A stretch of 64,000 nt of DNA from an uncultured Acidobacteriota bacterium (GTDB lineage Bacteria > Acidobacteriota > Terriglobia > Terriglobales > Acidobacteriaceae), in assembly GCA_963734415.1 (NCBI GenBank), contig CAVTHF010000003.1:48002-112001 (forward strand), given 5' to 3'. Of this stretch, positions 16,134-24,662 are shown one piece after another (positions within the stretch are counted from its first letter, which is position 1; the number at the start of each line of letters is the position of its first letter). Below the pieces are notes generated by a model that worked only from the letters and a program-made list of their open reading frames with translations, did not search any database and was not told the origin of the DNA. Position numbers and translations under genes: made by a program.

Positions 16134-17297
16134 ATGGCAGTTCCCATCCAATACAACATTCGCAACCTGAAGCTGCGCAAGAGCGCGACGGTGATGACGG
16201 CGCTGGGGATCGCGCTGACGGTCACGACGGCAATCTTTATTATGGCGTTGCTGGCGGGGTTGAATGCGGCCTTCAAGGGCAGCGGCGACCCGCTGAACGT
16301 ACTGGTATTGCGCAAAGGAGCCACGGCTGAGCTTTCTGCCGGGGGCGTGGACCGGGATTCCGTGCCCATCATGAAAGAGCTGCCGGGCGTGGCGCGAGAC
16401 GCTCAGGGGCAGGCTTTGGTTTCGGGCGAGGATTTGCTGGTGGTCGTGCTGCCGCGAAATGACGGCACCGGGGAGGCGAATGTTACCGTACGGTTCCTGA
16501 CACCCACCGGCATCGCCATGCGTCCGGAGGTGAAGCTGGTAGGGGGAAGGTGGTTTACACCGGGCCAGCGCGAGATTGTGGTAAGCAAGTCGATCCACGG
16601 CAGGTTTGCGCAGGCCAACATCGGGGACAGCATGTGGATCGGCAAAGGTCCCTGGAACATCGTCGGCATCTTCGATACCGGAGGCAGCGCTCACGACTCG
16701 GAGATCTGGGGCGACATCAACCAGTTGTCGTCAGACTTCGACCGGCCCACATACAACTCGGCTTTGATTCGCGCGACGGATGCGGTGTCGGCGGATGCGT
16801 TGAAGAACCGGGTCAGTGATGATCAACGGCTCAAGCTTAACGGGATGCTCGAAACCGAATATTGGGCCAAGCAAACCAGCACCGGCAGTCCCATCAAGTT
16901 TGTCGGCACACTGGTCGCGATCATCATGGCGATTGGGTCGTGCTTTGCGGCCATGAACACGATGTACGCGGCCGTCGCCTATCGTTCGCGTGAGATCGCA
17001 ACCCTGCGGGTGATTGGCTTTTCGCGGCCCAGCATTCTGACGTCGTTTGTTTTTGAATCGGTATTGTTGTCGATCCTGGGCGCGGCGGTGGGGATTGTTT
17101 TGATGCTGCCCTTCAATGGGATGACGACGGGCACGAACAATCCGGTGACGTTCAGCGAGGCGGTGTTCAGTCTGCGGATGACGCCGAATGTGGTGATTTC
17201 CGCGGTGGTTTTCGCCATCGTCATGGGATTGTTTGGCGGGATCGCGCCGGCGTGGCATGCGGCCCGGCGGGAGATTCTGGTTTCGTTGAGAGATTAG
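16134..17297 (+). CDS. ABC transporter permease, FtsX/MacB-like (second paralog)
   Basis: Same architecture as the first permease (YRSREIATLRVIGFSRPSILTSFVFESV). The ATG at 16134 was chosen (MAVPIQYNIRNLKLRK). Confidence 0.85.
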   Translation: MAVPIQYNIRNLKLRKSATVMTALGIALTVTTAIFIMALLAGLNAAFKGSGDPLNVLVLRKGATAELSAGGVDRDSVPIMKELPGVARDAQGQALVSGEDLLVVVLPRNDGTGEANVTVRFLTPTGIAMRPEVKLVGGRWFTPGQREIVVSKSIHGRFAQANIGDSMWIGKGPWNIVGIFDTGGSAHDSEIWGDINQLSSDFDRPTYNSALIRATDAVSADALKNRVSDDQRLKLNGMLETEYWAKQTSTGSPIKFVGTLVAIIMAIGSCFAAMNTMYAAVAYRSREIATLRVIGFSRPSILTSFVFESVLLSILGAAVGIVLMLPFNGMTTGTNNPVTFSEAVFSLRMTPNVVISAVVFAIVMGLFGGIAPAWHAARREILVSLRD

Positions 17298-17329
17298 GAG
17301 TTTTTGCCGCGGTTTAGAGAAAGCGACAA

Positions 17330-17357
17330 CCACAAAGGACACTAAGGTTCACAAAAG
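17330..17357. repeat. CACAAAGG-type repeat unit
   Basis: CCACAAAGGACACTAAGGTTCACAAAAG, between the permease and adaptor genes. Confidence 0.5.
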
Positions 17358-17377
17358 TAAAGAACCACGACTGGCTT

Positions 17378-18745
17378 ATGCCTCTGGATACCAAACACGC
17401 GGACTTGCAGGGCCTGCGGATTGACCGGTCGGCGCCACCGACGGGAGAGCCGGCGGGCTGGGCGCGGCGCTACATCATCATCGGGATTGCGCTGGTGGCG
17501 GTGTTGAGCCTGGCCACCTTGGCCTATCGGCTGCTATCTCCAGAGGCGCCCGAGGTGGAGGTGGTGCGTGCAGCCGCAGAAAACAGCGTCGAAGTCGGTG
17601 GTTCCGTGCTCACTGCCAGTGGGTATATTGTGCCGCATCACAAAATCAATGTGAACTCCAAGGTCACCGGCCGCGTGGCATGGATCGGCGTCGAAAAAGG
17701 CGATCACGTCAAAGAAGGCCAGGTTCTGGTCCGCCTGGAAGATCAGGAGTTTCGCGCTCAATACGAACAGGCGAAGGGCGCGGCGGATAATGCGCGCGCG
17801 TATCTGGAAGAGCTGCAGAATGGCTCGCGGCCGGAAGAGATCGCGCAAGCGCAGCATAACCTCGACGAAGCCCGGGCCACGTTGGTGAATGACAAGATCA
17901 CGCTGGATCGTGATCGGGAATTGTGGAACCAGGGGGTTGTTTCGAAGCAGGCCTTTGACGACGCCACTGCCAAATTCGAGGCCGATCAGCAGCGCGTGAA
18001 TTCCCTGCAGAAGGGCTTCGAACTGGCGAAAATCGGGCCGCGTCAGGAAGAGATCACGCGAGCCAGAGGCGCCTTGCTACAAGCCGAAGGCCAGGCGGCC
18101 TATGCCAAATCGTGGCTGGATGCGACGGTCATCCGCGCACCGGTAACGGGAACGATTCTGGAACGCACGGCGGAGAAAGGTGAACTGGTGACGGCTCAGT
18201 TCGCCAGTGGCGCCGAAGGCGGTCCGCAGGGCCAAGTCGTAGCTCTGGCCGACCTCAACGATCTGCAGGTGGAACTCGACATTGCCCAGGATGATTTCGC
18301 CAAGCTGTCTTCCAAGCAGAAGGCAACGCTTTCGGTCGATGCCTATCCCGACCGCAAGTACGAGGGTGAGATCCACGAGATTTCTCCCGAGGCCAACCGG
18401 CAAAAGGCGACGGTGCAGGTCAAGGTGCAGATACTGAATCCTGACCAGTATTTGCGTCCAGAGATGAACGCGACGGTAAAGTTCCTGGCAGATGACACGA
18501 AGAAAGCCGCCGGGACGCAATCATCGGGCGTGCTGGTGCCGGCCGCCGCAATCCGCGACCGCGACGGGAAGAAGATGGTTTTTCTGGCGTTCAATGGGAA
18601 AGCGCTGCAGCGCGAGATTCAAGTCATCTCCCAGCGCAGCGGCGGCTTTATGGTGCAGGGTCTGGTGGGTGGGGAGAGCGTCATTACCGCCGCGCCAGCG
18701 AGTTTGAAAGACGGCGACAAAATCAAGATTAAGGGACAGTCATGA
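17378..18745 (+). CDS. Efflux transporter periplasmic adaptor subunit (HlyD/MacA-like)
   Basis: 455 aa: N-terminal TM, a long coiled-coil hairpin ([25 protein letters not shown]...), and barrel domains ([23 protein letters not shown]). Confidence 0.85.
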   Translation: MPLDTKHADLQGLRIDRSAPPTGEPAGWARRYIIIGIALVAVLSLATLAYRLLSPEAPEVEVVRAAAENSVEVGGSVLTASGYIVPHHKINVNSKVTGRVAWIGVEKGDHVKEGQVLVRLEDQEFRAQYEQAKGAADNARAYLEELQNGSRPEEIAQAQHNLDEARATLVNDKITLDRDRELWNQGVVSKQAFDDATAKFEADQQRVNSLQKGFELAKIGPRQEEITRARGALLQAEGQAAYAKSWLDATVIRAPVTGTILERTAEKGELVTAQFASGAEGGPQGQVVALADLNDLQVELDIAQDDFAKLSSKQKATLSVDAYPDRKYEGEIHEISPEANRQKATVQVKVQILNPDQYLRPEMNATVKFLADDTKKAAGTQSSGVLVPAAAIRDRDGKKMVFLAFNGKALQREIQVISQRSGGFMVQGLVGGESVITAAPASLKDGDKIKIKGQS

Positions 18746-19452
18746 GCGCAGCTACAGTCACTAATACCGCAACCCAAACTAAAGTGGTCCAGGTCCGCAA
18801 CGTCAGCAAGATTTTTAAGCGTGACGCGTTTGAAGTGCGGGCTTTGGACGATGTTTCCATTGCAATCGCCGGCGGAGAATTCATGGCGCTCATGGGCCCG
18901 TCGGGCTCAGGCAAGACCACGCTGCTGAATATGATTGCGGCCATTGACCGCCCGACCTCGGGCGAACTGCTAGTGCTGGGTGAGAATGTGTTTCGCTTCA
19001 GCGACGGGCAGGCAGCGCGCTGGCGCAATGAGCATATTGGTTATGTTTTCCAAACCTTTAATCTGATCCCGGTGCTCACCGCGTTTGAGAACGTCGAACT
19101 GCCGCTTCTGCTCACCAAGCTGAACAGTCAACAGCGCCGCGAACACGTGATGACGGCCCTCAAACTGGTGGGACTGGAAGAGCGGGTACACCACCTTCCC
19201 AAGCAGCTTTCCGGCGGGCAAGAACAGCGAGTCGCGATCGCGCGGGCGATCGTCAGCGATCCAACTCTGCTGCTGGCGGACGAGCCGACCGGTGATCTCG
19301 ACAGTCACTCAGCCACTGAAATTCTCGAGATATTGAAAAGATTGAACGAAGATTTCCACAAGACGGTGGTCATGGTCACCCACGATCCGCATGCGGCGTC
19401 TTATGCTCACGTGACCCGACACCTGGAAAAAGGCATGCTCCTGCCGGCCTAA
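18742..19452 (+). CDS. ABC transporter ATP-binding protein (MacB/LolD-type)
   Basis: Walker A is GPSGSGKTT, the signature motif is [14 protein letters not shown] and Walker B is [16 protein letters not shown] overlap with the adaptor gene. Confidence 0.9.
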   Translation: MSAATVTNTATQTKVVQVRNVSKIFKRDAFEVRALDDVSIAIAGGEFMALMGPSGSGKTTLLNMIAAIDRPTSGELLVLGENVFRFSDGQAARWRNEHIGYVFQTFNLIPVLTAFENVELPLLLTKLNSQQRREHVMTALKLVGLEERVHHLPKQLSGGQEQRVAIARAIVSDPTLLLADEPTGDLDSHSATEILEILKRLNEDFHKTVVMVTHDPHAASYAHVTRHLEKGMLLPA

Positions 19453-19729
19453 GCGGACGGGAACCGTCAGCGCTAGAACCTTATAAGCTATTGCAATAAA
19501 ACCATTTATGTGGTCTTAACTCCGGAGCCTTCGATCCTCGGCAACGGAGATTTATCCGGGATGAAGTCCCTGGCAAGCGGAGCCAGGCCGCTTCTTCCTC
19601 ACCCCATAAACAAATTCCCGATTCCACGCCATAAAGCCCTCCGAAGCGCTATCCTTCTGTGCCCATAAGGACTCCCCAAGTTTTGAGTTGCACTCCGGGG
19701 AAGACCAAACCTGACAAAAGGAGAGCACT

Positions 19730-19927
19730 ATGAAACGGACAGCACAAGCAATTACGCTGGCGGCGGCACTCATGCTAGCCACTTGCGCGACTCCCGCGCT
19801 GGCGGATGGCCCTGGACCACCTCCGGGAGGACACATTCAGACCGATGGACCTGGACCACCTCCCACGGTGCGTGTGTCGGGGCCAATAGGCTGGTCGATG
19901 TTCTTGGCACTGATTCATTTGCTGTAG
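19730..19927 (+). CDS. Small secreted Pro-rich protein (65 aa) with a hydrophobic C-terminus
   Basis: AAAGGAGAG RBS. Signal peptide MKRTAQAITLAAALMLATCATPALA, then two DGPGPPP repeats and the tail GPIGWSMFLALIHLL. Confidence 0.5.
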   Translation: MKRTAQAITLAAALMLATCATPALADGPGPPPGGHIQTDGPGPPPTVRVSGPIGWSMFLALIHLL

Positions 19928-19998
19928 TGAGTGGCTGGTTACCCAGAGAAACTTGTCTTGGTGGCTTGTGAGCGGCTGAGTTAAGCTGCTCACAGGCC

Positions 19999-20742
19999 AT
20001 GGACTTATTGAATTTCATTTTGTGGTGGGGGGAACTCCCGCTGCAAGCGGCACTGTTGTACGTGCTGGTCCGAAAGCGAAGTTTTCGGACCTTTCCGTGG
20101 TTTTTCGCCTACACGTTTTTTACGGTCACTGCCGGCATCATCCGCTTCGCGGTTCGCAACCACCATTCCACTTATTTCGAGGTTTACTGGATCAGCCAGG
20201 CCGCCTCATCTGTGCTGGGGATCGCCGTAATGCACGAGGTCTTCCGCACTGTGTTCCGAAATTTCAGCCGCCTGTGGTGGTTCCCTCCCATATTTCCACT
20301 CACCGTGGTTCTGTCGCTCGGGTTGACCATCTGGCGAAGCCTGTCCTTGCCCAACGGGTTGCACGGCGGGGCGGTCGCCTGGATCGTGGGGGTGGAACTG
20401 GGACTGAGGCTGTTGCAGGTGGCAATGTTTGCACTCTTGGTGACCATGGTCCTGCTTTTTGGACTGCGCTGGCGGCAGCAAGCCTTCGGTATTTGTGCAG
20501 GTTACGGGCTGCACGCAAGCGTGGCTTTGTTGACCACCACGAAGTTTTACGAATTCGGAACAAGATTCACATTTTTGTGGGGATTGGTGTCGGTAATCAC
20601 TTACAGTATGGCAGTCTTGATTTGGCTCTGGTATTTCAGTGTTCCGGTTAAGACAGAACCCGCCCGCGCTGACCAGCCTCCGCTGTCGGCGCAAGAACTA
20701 GGCCGCTATAAAGAGATTGTACGGAGGGTACGGCGACCATGA
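19999..20742 (+). CDS. Hypothetical polytopic (about 7 TM) membrane protein
   Basis: 247 aa with seven hydrophobic segments and a basic C-terminal tail. No family recognised. Confidence 0.6.
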   Translation: MDLLNFILWWGELPLQAALLYVLVRKRSFRTFPWFFAYTFFTVTAGIIRFAVRNHHSTYFEVYWISQAASSVLGIAVMHEVFRTVFRNFSRLWWFPPIFPLTVVLSLGLTIWRSLSLPNGLHGGAVAWIVGVELGLRLLQVAMFALLVTMVLLFGLRWRQQAFGICAGYGLHASVALLTTTKFYEFGTRFTFLWGLVSVITYSMAVLIWLWYFSVPVKTEPARADQPPLSAQELGRYKEIVRRVRRP

Positions 20743-21326
20743 TGGTAACGATTCTGTGGAACTTGATGATTACCGCAGGCTTTATGAGCTGCGTAGTGAT
20801 CGCAGCCTGGATTTGGTTTCATTTCCCCGATCGCACCGCCGACGACGTTGTCGATTTCCTGCTTCCCGTGGACCTGGAAAAAGCCGAGACCCTGCTCGAT
20901 GCCAATACCGAAACTCACCTGCGCTGCGACCTGAGCTGCCGGGAATTTCGGAAGTTGCAGCGGAAGCGTATTCATCTGTACGTGGCGTTTGTGCACAGAA
21001 TGGCGCATAACGCAGCTGTCTTAATTGACTGGGCCAACCGTGAAGCGGAGGGGGGCGACGAGCAGGCGGCGATACTGGCGCGCGAGTTGCAGCAAATCGC
21101 GGTAGAAGTGCGTCTCTACTCTTTGCTCACCATGATCAAGTTGCGCTTGTGGTTGCTGATCCGTCTGGATTCCTGGCAGGTGCTCCCGGCTCCCAGCCTC
21201 TATGAGGTAAGGGAGGTCGGAGGCATCATGGGCCTTGAGAGTTACGACCGGCTGAAAACCGCAGCCAGTTTTCTTTTTATGGAAATGGGACAGCGGAACT
21301 TCGACGAACTGCTGCACAACCTCTAA
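20739..21326 (+). CDS. Hypothetical protein: N-terminal TM anchor plus helical domain
   Basis: ATGA start/stop overlap with the preceding gene. Product begins MMVTILWNLMITAGFMSCVVIAAWIWF, followed by a helical soluble part. Confidence 0.55.
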   Translation: MMVTILWNLMITAGFMSCVVIAAWIWFHFPDRTADDVVDFLLPVDLEKAETLLDANTETHLRCDLSCREFRKLQRKRIHLYVAFVHRMAHNAAVLIDWANREAEGGDEQAAILARELQQIAVEVRLYSLLTMIKLRLWLLIRLDSWQVLPAPSLYEVREVGGIMGLESYDRLKTAASFLFMEMGQRNFDELLHNL

Positions 21327-21394
21327 CCACAGCGCTGCCTGGGCAAGTTGCGCAGCGCGCGGAACGTCAGCTTACGAACTCCCAGCTTACGAAC

Positions 21395-21964
21395 TTACAG
21401 TTCAGAAACGGCCTGTTCCGGCGGCACTGATCCAAAACCGCTGTGGGGAGGCTCCGATACCCACTGCCAGGCGCGCCGACCGTTTTCCCGAACTTCACTC
21501 TGCGCCTCTCCGTAATCCACCAGCCGGTTCAGCACTGTGGTCACTGAAGCGAGCGGATCTTTGTGGCGCAGCAACACTGCGGGCATGCGGTCCTGAATGC
21601 GCTGACACACTTCCCTCACGCTGAGCGCGCGTCCCGCTTCCATTAACACCAGGCGGCAGGCTTTGGTGAATCCGGGCTGACGCCCTCCGGTTTTACGGTC
21701 CACCAGTTCCAGCAAGTCTTCGCCCAGAATCTCATCTCCAAACAAGTTCGCCAGTCCCGCGATGGTCTGTTTGAGAGTGCCAATGCGTTTCATGATGTCG
21801 GCACGCTGCCGCATGAGTTGACGTAATTCCTCATGCGCCGTCTTGACCACTTCCTGAACGTGAGGATCGCTGTTGAGAAGACTCCCGCTGCTTGCGCTGC
21901 TGCTGCCATTTCGTCCGTCCTGCATAACTGCCTCCAGACTGCTACGCCGTGCTTGCGCGGCCAA
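21395..21964 (-). CDS. Hypothetical protein: leucine-zipper-like helix plus winged-helix-like C-terminal domain
   Basis: ELRQLMRQRADIMKRIGTLKQTIAGLANLFG, then FTKACRLVLMEAGRALSVREVCQRIQDRMP...VTTVLNRLVDYGE. No family name recalled. Confidence 0.5.
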   Translation of the reverse strand: MAAQARRSSLEAVMQDGRNGSSSASSGSLLNSDPHVQEVVKTAHEELRQLMRQRADIMKRIGTLKQTIAGLANLFGDEILGEDLLELVDRKTGGRQPGFTKACRLVLMEAGRALSVREVCQRIQDRMPAVLLRHKDPLASVTTVLNRLVDYGEAQSEVRENGRRAWQWVSEPPHSGFGSVPPEQAVSEL

Positions 21965-22154
21965 CCCCCCGGCCGCACACTACCCTGTGCGTGGGATACG
22001 TAAGCCAGCGTCAGATCGTTCCATGAGCTACTTCCGCTTGCGAAACCGCACATTTCTTGTCCGCTTGTGGGACGAAATGGGCGTCTGGCAGATACCCCAA
22101 CCTATTGATAACTTAGACGCCAATATTCGAAAAAGGTTAATTGGAGGTAATAAT

Positions 22155-22319
22155 ATGGTTGGGACGAATTGGTGGGCTGGCGGTGACCAATTGGCAAGGC
22201 TAACCGCCGCCGCGAAAGCCCGGAACGGCAGGAAGAGTGGTGGCGTTGACGGACGAAGACGAGTTCGCGATCATGATCGCGTCAACGAGTGCAGTGCCAT
22301 ATTTGGCGGTTTCCGCTGA
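22155..22319 (+). CDS. Possible small basic protein (54 aa)
   Basis: A strong GGAGG lies 7 nt upstream of the ATG, in an AT-rich stretch (TTAATTGGAGGTAATAATATG). Product begins MVGTNWWAGGDQLARLTAAAKARNGRKSGG... Confidence 0.25.
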   Translation: MVGTNWWAGGDQLARLTAAAKARNGRKSGGVDGRRRVRDHDRVNECSAIFGGFR

Positions 22320-22413
22320 GGTAGGTATTTTCGTCGGGCCTTGACAAACGCGCTATACCTGCTAAAGTGCGGCCAATTGGTCTCCAGCACACATTGATCA
22401 AAGGTGCTTACGT

Positions 22414-22665
22414 ATGAAAAATGTCTATGAGGTTCTGCGGCAGAAGGAACTAGAGCTGGCAAGACTGGAAAAGGAAGTGGAGGCGCTTCGAGTAGCGGCG
22501 CCACTGCTTTCCGAAGACAAAGAGATGCTGGTCGAGGCGACGAACAATAAGCCGGCCATCACCGCACAGCAGCCGATCCGCATGACGCAACCAGCGGTGA
22601 ATACCAATCCCCAGCCGGCGACGCGCGCGGTGGGATGGGAAGACACCGCCAAGCGCTGGCCGTAG
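22414..22665 (+). CDS. Small coiled-coil protein (83 aa)
   Basis: MKNVYEVLRQKELELARLEKEVEALRVAAPLLSEDKE... The N-terminal zipper resembles that of the protein at 21395-21964. Confidence 0.5.
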   Translation: MKNVYEVLRQKELELARLEKEVEALRVAAPLLSEDKEMLVEATNNKPAITAQQPIRMTQPAVNTNPQPATRAVGWEDTAKRWP

Positions 22666-22953
22666 CCACCGGCCCAGGGAATCAAACCTCTCCGCGCCTC
22701 GCCCTTCGTCGGCGACCCGCAGTTCTTGTGACCCATCCTTGGCAATTCTCCTTTCTTGTGGTCAGCCGCACACAGTGTGTTTGATTGCACACGTTCCCGC
22801 CTTGCGTTCAAAGCCATGGAAGCTCGACCAAATCCATGCTTGTGAAATGACTCTTGCCAGCGACCTCATCGGCTAAGGCCCAGTCTTTGAACGCTCTGGA
22901 CGGCATGGTTGGAATGCGTGCTTTTCGCACAGATCATACCTGAGTCCAGGTGT

Positions 22954-22969
22954 TTGGTTCTGGCCTTGC
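22954..22969 (+). promoter_or_regulatory. Weak sigma-54-type promoter candidate (GG-N10-GC)
   Basis: TTGGTTCTGGCCTTGCG. TGG and TTGC have the correct -24/-12 spacing, and the site is about 45 nt upstream of the ATG at 23011. A sigma-54-dependent activator is encoded downstream. Confidence 0.2.
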
Positions 22970-23010
22970 GCGTGCGATTGAGCTCGTAGCGAGCGCAACG
23001 GAGCATTCAA

Positions 23011-23163
23011 ATGGAATTTCTCATGACAGCGATCAGCGTAATCGGCGGAATGGCATTCTCACTGGCGTTTGCGATTCTGGTTGAGGAGTTCATCTTCGGC
23101 AAAGTGCTGGTTGTCGTCTTTGCCCGGCAAGCGGTACGAGTTGAGGCCCGGCAACAGCGTTAG
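23011..23163 (+). CDS. Possible small membrane protein (50 aa) upstream of the SPFH gene
   Basis: MEFLMTAISVIGGMAFSLAFAILVEEFIFGKVLVVVFARQAVRVEARQQR. Coordinates were inferred from the neighbouring ORF-track frame and may be off by 1. Confidence 0.3.
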   Translation: MEFLMTAISVIGGMAFSLAFAILVEEFIFGKVLVVVFARQAVRVEARQQR

Positions 23164-23180
23164 CTCACGAAGGAGACCCT

Positions 23181-24493
23181 ATGTTGTTTCTGAAATACTT
23201 GCTCACCTGGGGCGGTATCGCCATGATGGCGATGGCCGCAGGAATCCTCACTTATGATCTATGGCTCGGGCTGCGCTACCGTCAGCAAGCGGCGGAGGGT
23301 GGGACTGAACCTCTACCTCCGGTCCCGCAGGTTCGTTGGCGGGGTGCGCTGGGGCTGGCGTTATTGGCGTGGGGACCAATCATGCTGGCGCTTGGGATCA
23401 TCGTGGTCCCGAGCGGCATGGCCGGAGTTCGTGTTAGCCAAACCAGCGGCACCCTGGCTGGCACACTCTATCCGGGGGCGCATTTTGTTACGCCGCTGGC
23501 GGAGAGCGTTGCGCTCTTCGACACCCGTGACCAGCTGTTTACCACCGGCTCCGTGGAGGCAGCCGCTGCGGGTAAGAAGCCCGAGCCTTTGAATGTCCAA
23601 GCCAAGGAAGGACTGACTCTGGGCCTTGCCATCACGGTGCGCTACCGGCTCGACCCCAAGCACTTGGACTATATTCAAGCCAACCTGCCGCAGCCGGTGG
23701 AGAAAGAGATCGTGCCCGCGGTGGTGGCGAGTGCCTGGCGGGAGCTAGTGCCCAATTACACCGTCCGGGAGGTGTTCGCCGCCAAGCGGGAGGAAGTCCG
23801 CAAGCGTGCTGCCGACGTCATCACGCAAAAGCTTGCAGGCGGACGGAATCGTCGTGAAGGAAGTGATGCTGCGCGATATCCAGCTGCCGCCGTGAATACT
23901 CCCAGGGTCTGGAGACCTTGCTGCTCAAGGAACAAGAAAATGACCGCATGGGGATCGAGACCGAGATGCAGGAAAAGCAGGTGAGGATCTCCGAATTGCA
24001 AGCCGAAGGCACCAAGGCGCAGCAGGTCAAGCAGGCAGAGGGAGAAGCCCAGGTGCACGTGCTCCAGGCCAAGGCGGAAGCCGATGCGATGCAATACACG
24101 CTGCCGCTGAAGCAGAAGCAGATTGAGCAATCGAAGCTGGAGGCCGAGGCGCGCAAGGAAACGACGGTCAAGAATGCAGAAGCTCAGGCTGAGGCCAAAG
24201 TGATCGACAGCAAAGCGGAAATGGAACGGCGCAAGTTGCTGGCGGAAGCGGAAGCCGACCGGATTCGGGTTACGGCGGCGGCGGATGCCGAGCGAATGCA
24301 AAAAGAAGGTGTGATCCTGAAACAGAATCCGCTGCTGATTAATAAGATCGTGGCAGAGCGATTGTCGGACAAGCTGCAGATCATGATGGTCCCGGCGGAT
24401 GGAAAATTCTTCTTTGCCAACGACGTGCTGCGCAGCATGAACGTCAGCAACCACGCGGCCCAGGCCGAGGAACCAGAAGAGCAGCCGAAATGA
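23181..24493 (+). pseudogene. SPFH/band-7 (prohibitin/HflK-like) membrane protein with a long Ala/Glu-rich coiled coil; two +1 frameshifts
   Basis: Frame 0 reads ...RKRAADVITQKLA. An extra G near 23838 moves to frame 1: ADGIVVKEVMLRDIQLPP. An extra T at about 23893 moves to frame 2: EYSQGLETLLLKEQENDRMGIETEMQEKQ... (ORF 23918-24493). The joined sequence is a canonical SPFH core. Confidence 0.8.
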
Positions 24494-24662
24494 ACCGTTG
24501 CCCGACTCTAGTCAGTACCGGGACCCATGCCAGGCCACGATCTCAAGCCGGTTTATAATGCGCGCATTCAGGAGATGTCACTGCTGCGCGCATACTCTTT
24601 TCGGGCCTTGTGCTTTTTGCTGCTGATCGTCCCTGCCACCGCAGTCTCTGCCGCCGATTGGC

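Noticed and set aside
19893-19925. TGGCAC...TTGC sigma-54-like motif (TTGGCACTGATTCATTTGCTG)
   Set aside because: The GG-to-GC spacing is 13 nt rather than 10, and it lies inside the 3' end of the small secreted-protein CDS.
19730-19927. PEP-CTERM sorting signal on the 65-aa secreted protein (prompted by the nearby PEP-CTERM-style EPS genes)
   Set aside because: There is no PEP motif and no basic cluster after the hydrophobic tail. The protein simply ends ...LALIHLL.
23756-24454. 232-aa minus-strand ORF opposite the SPFH coiled-coil region (similar cases at 37963-38856, 53986-54777 and 58832-59581)
   Set aside because: They are antisense to well-supported genes, and the repetitive L/R/Q composition mirrors the Ala/Glu-rich coding strand.
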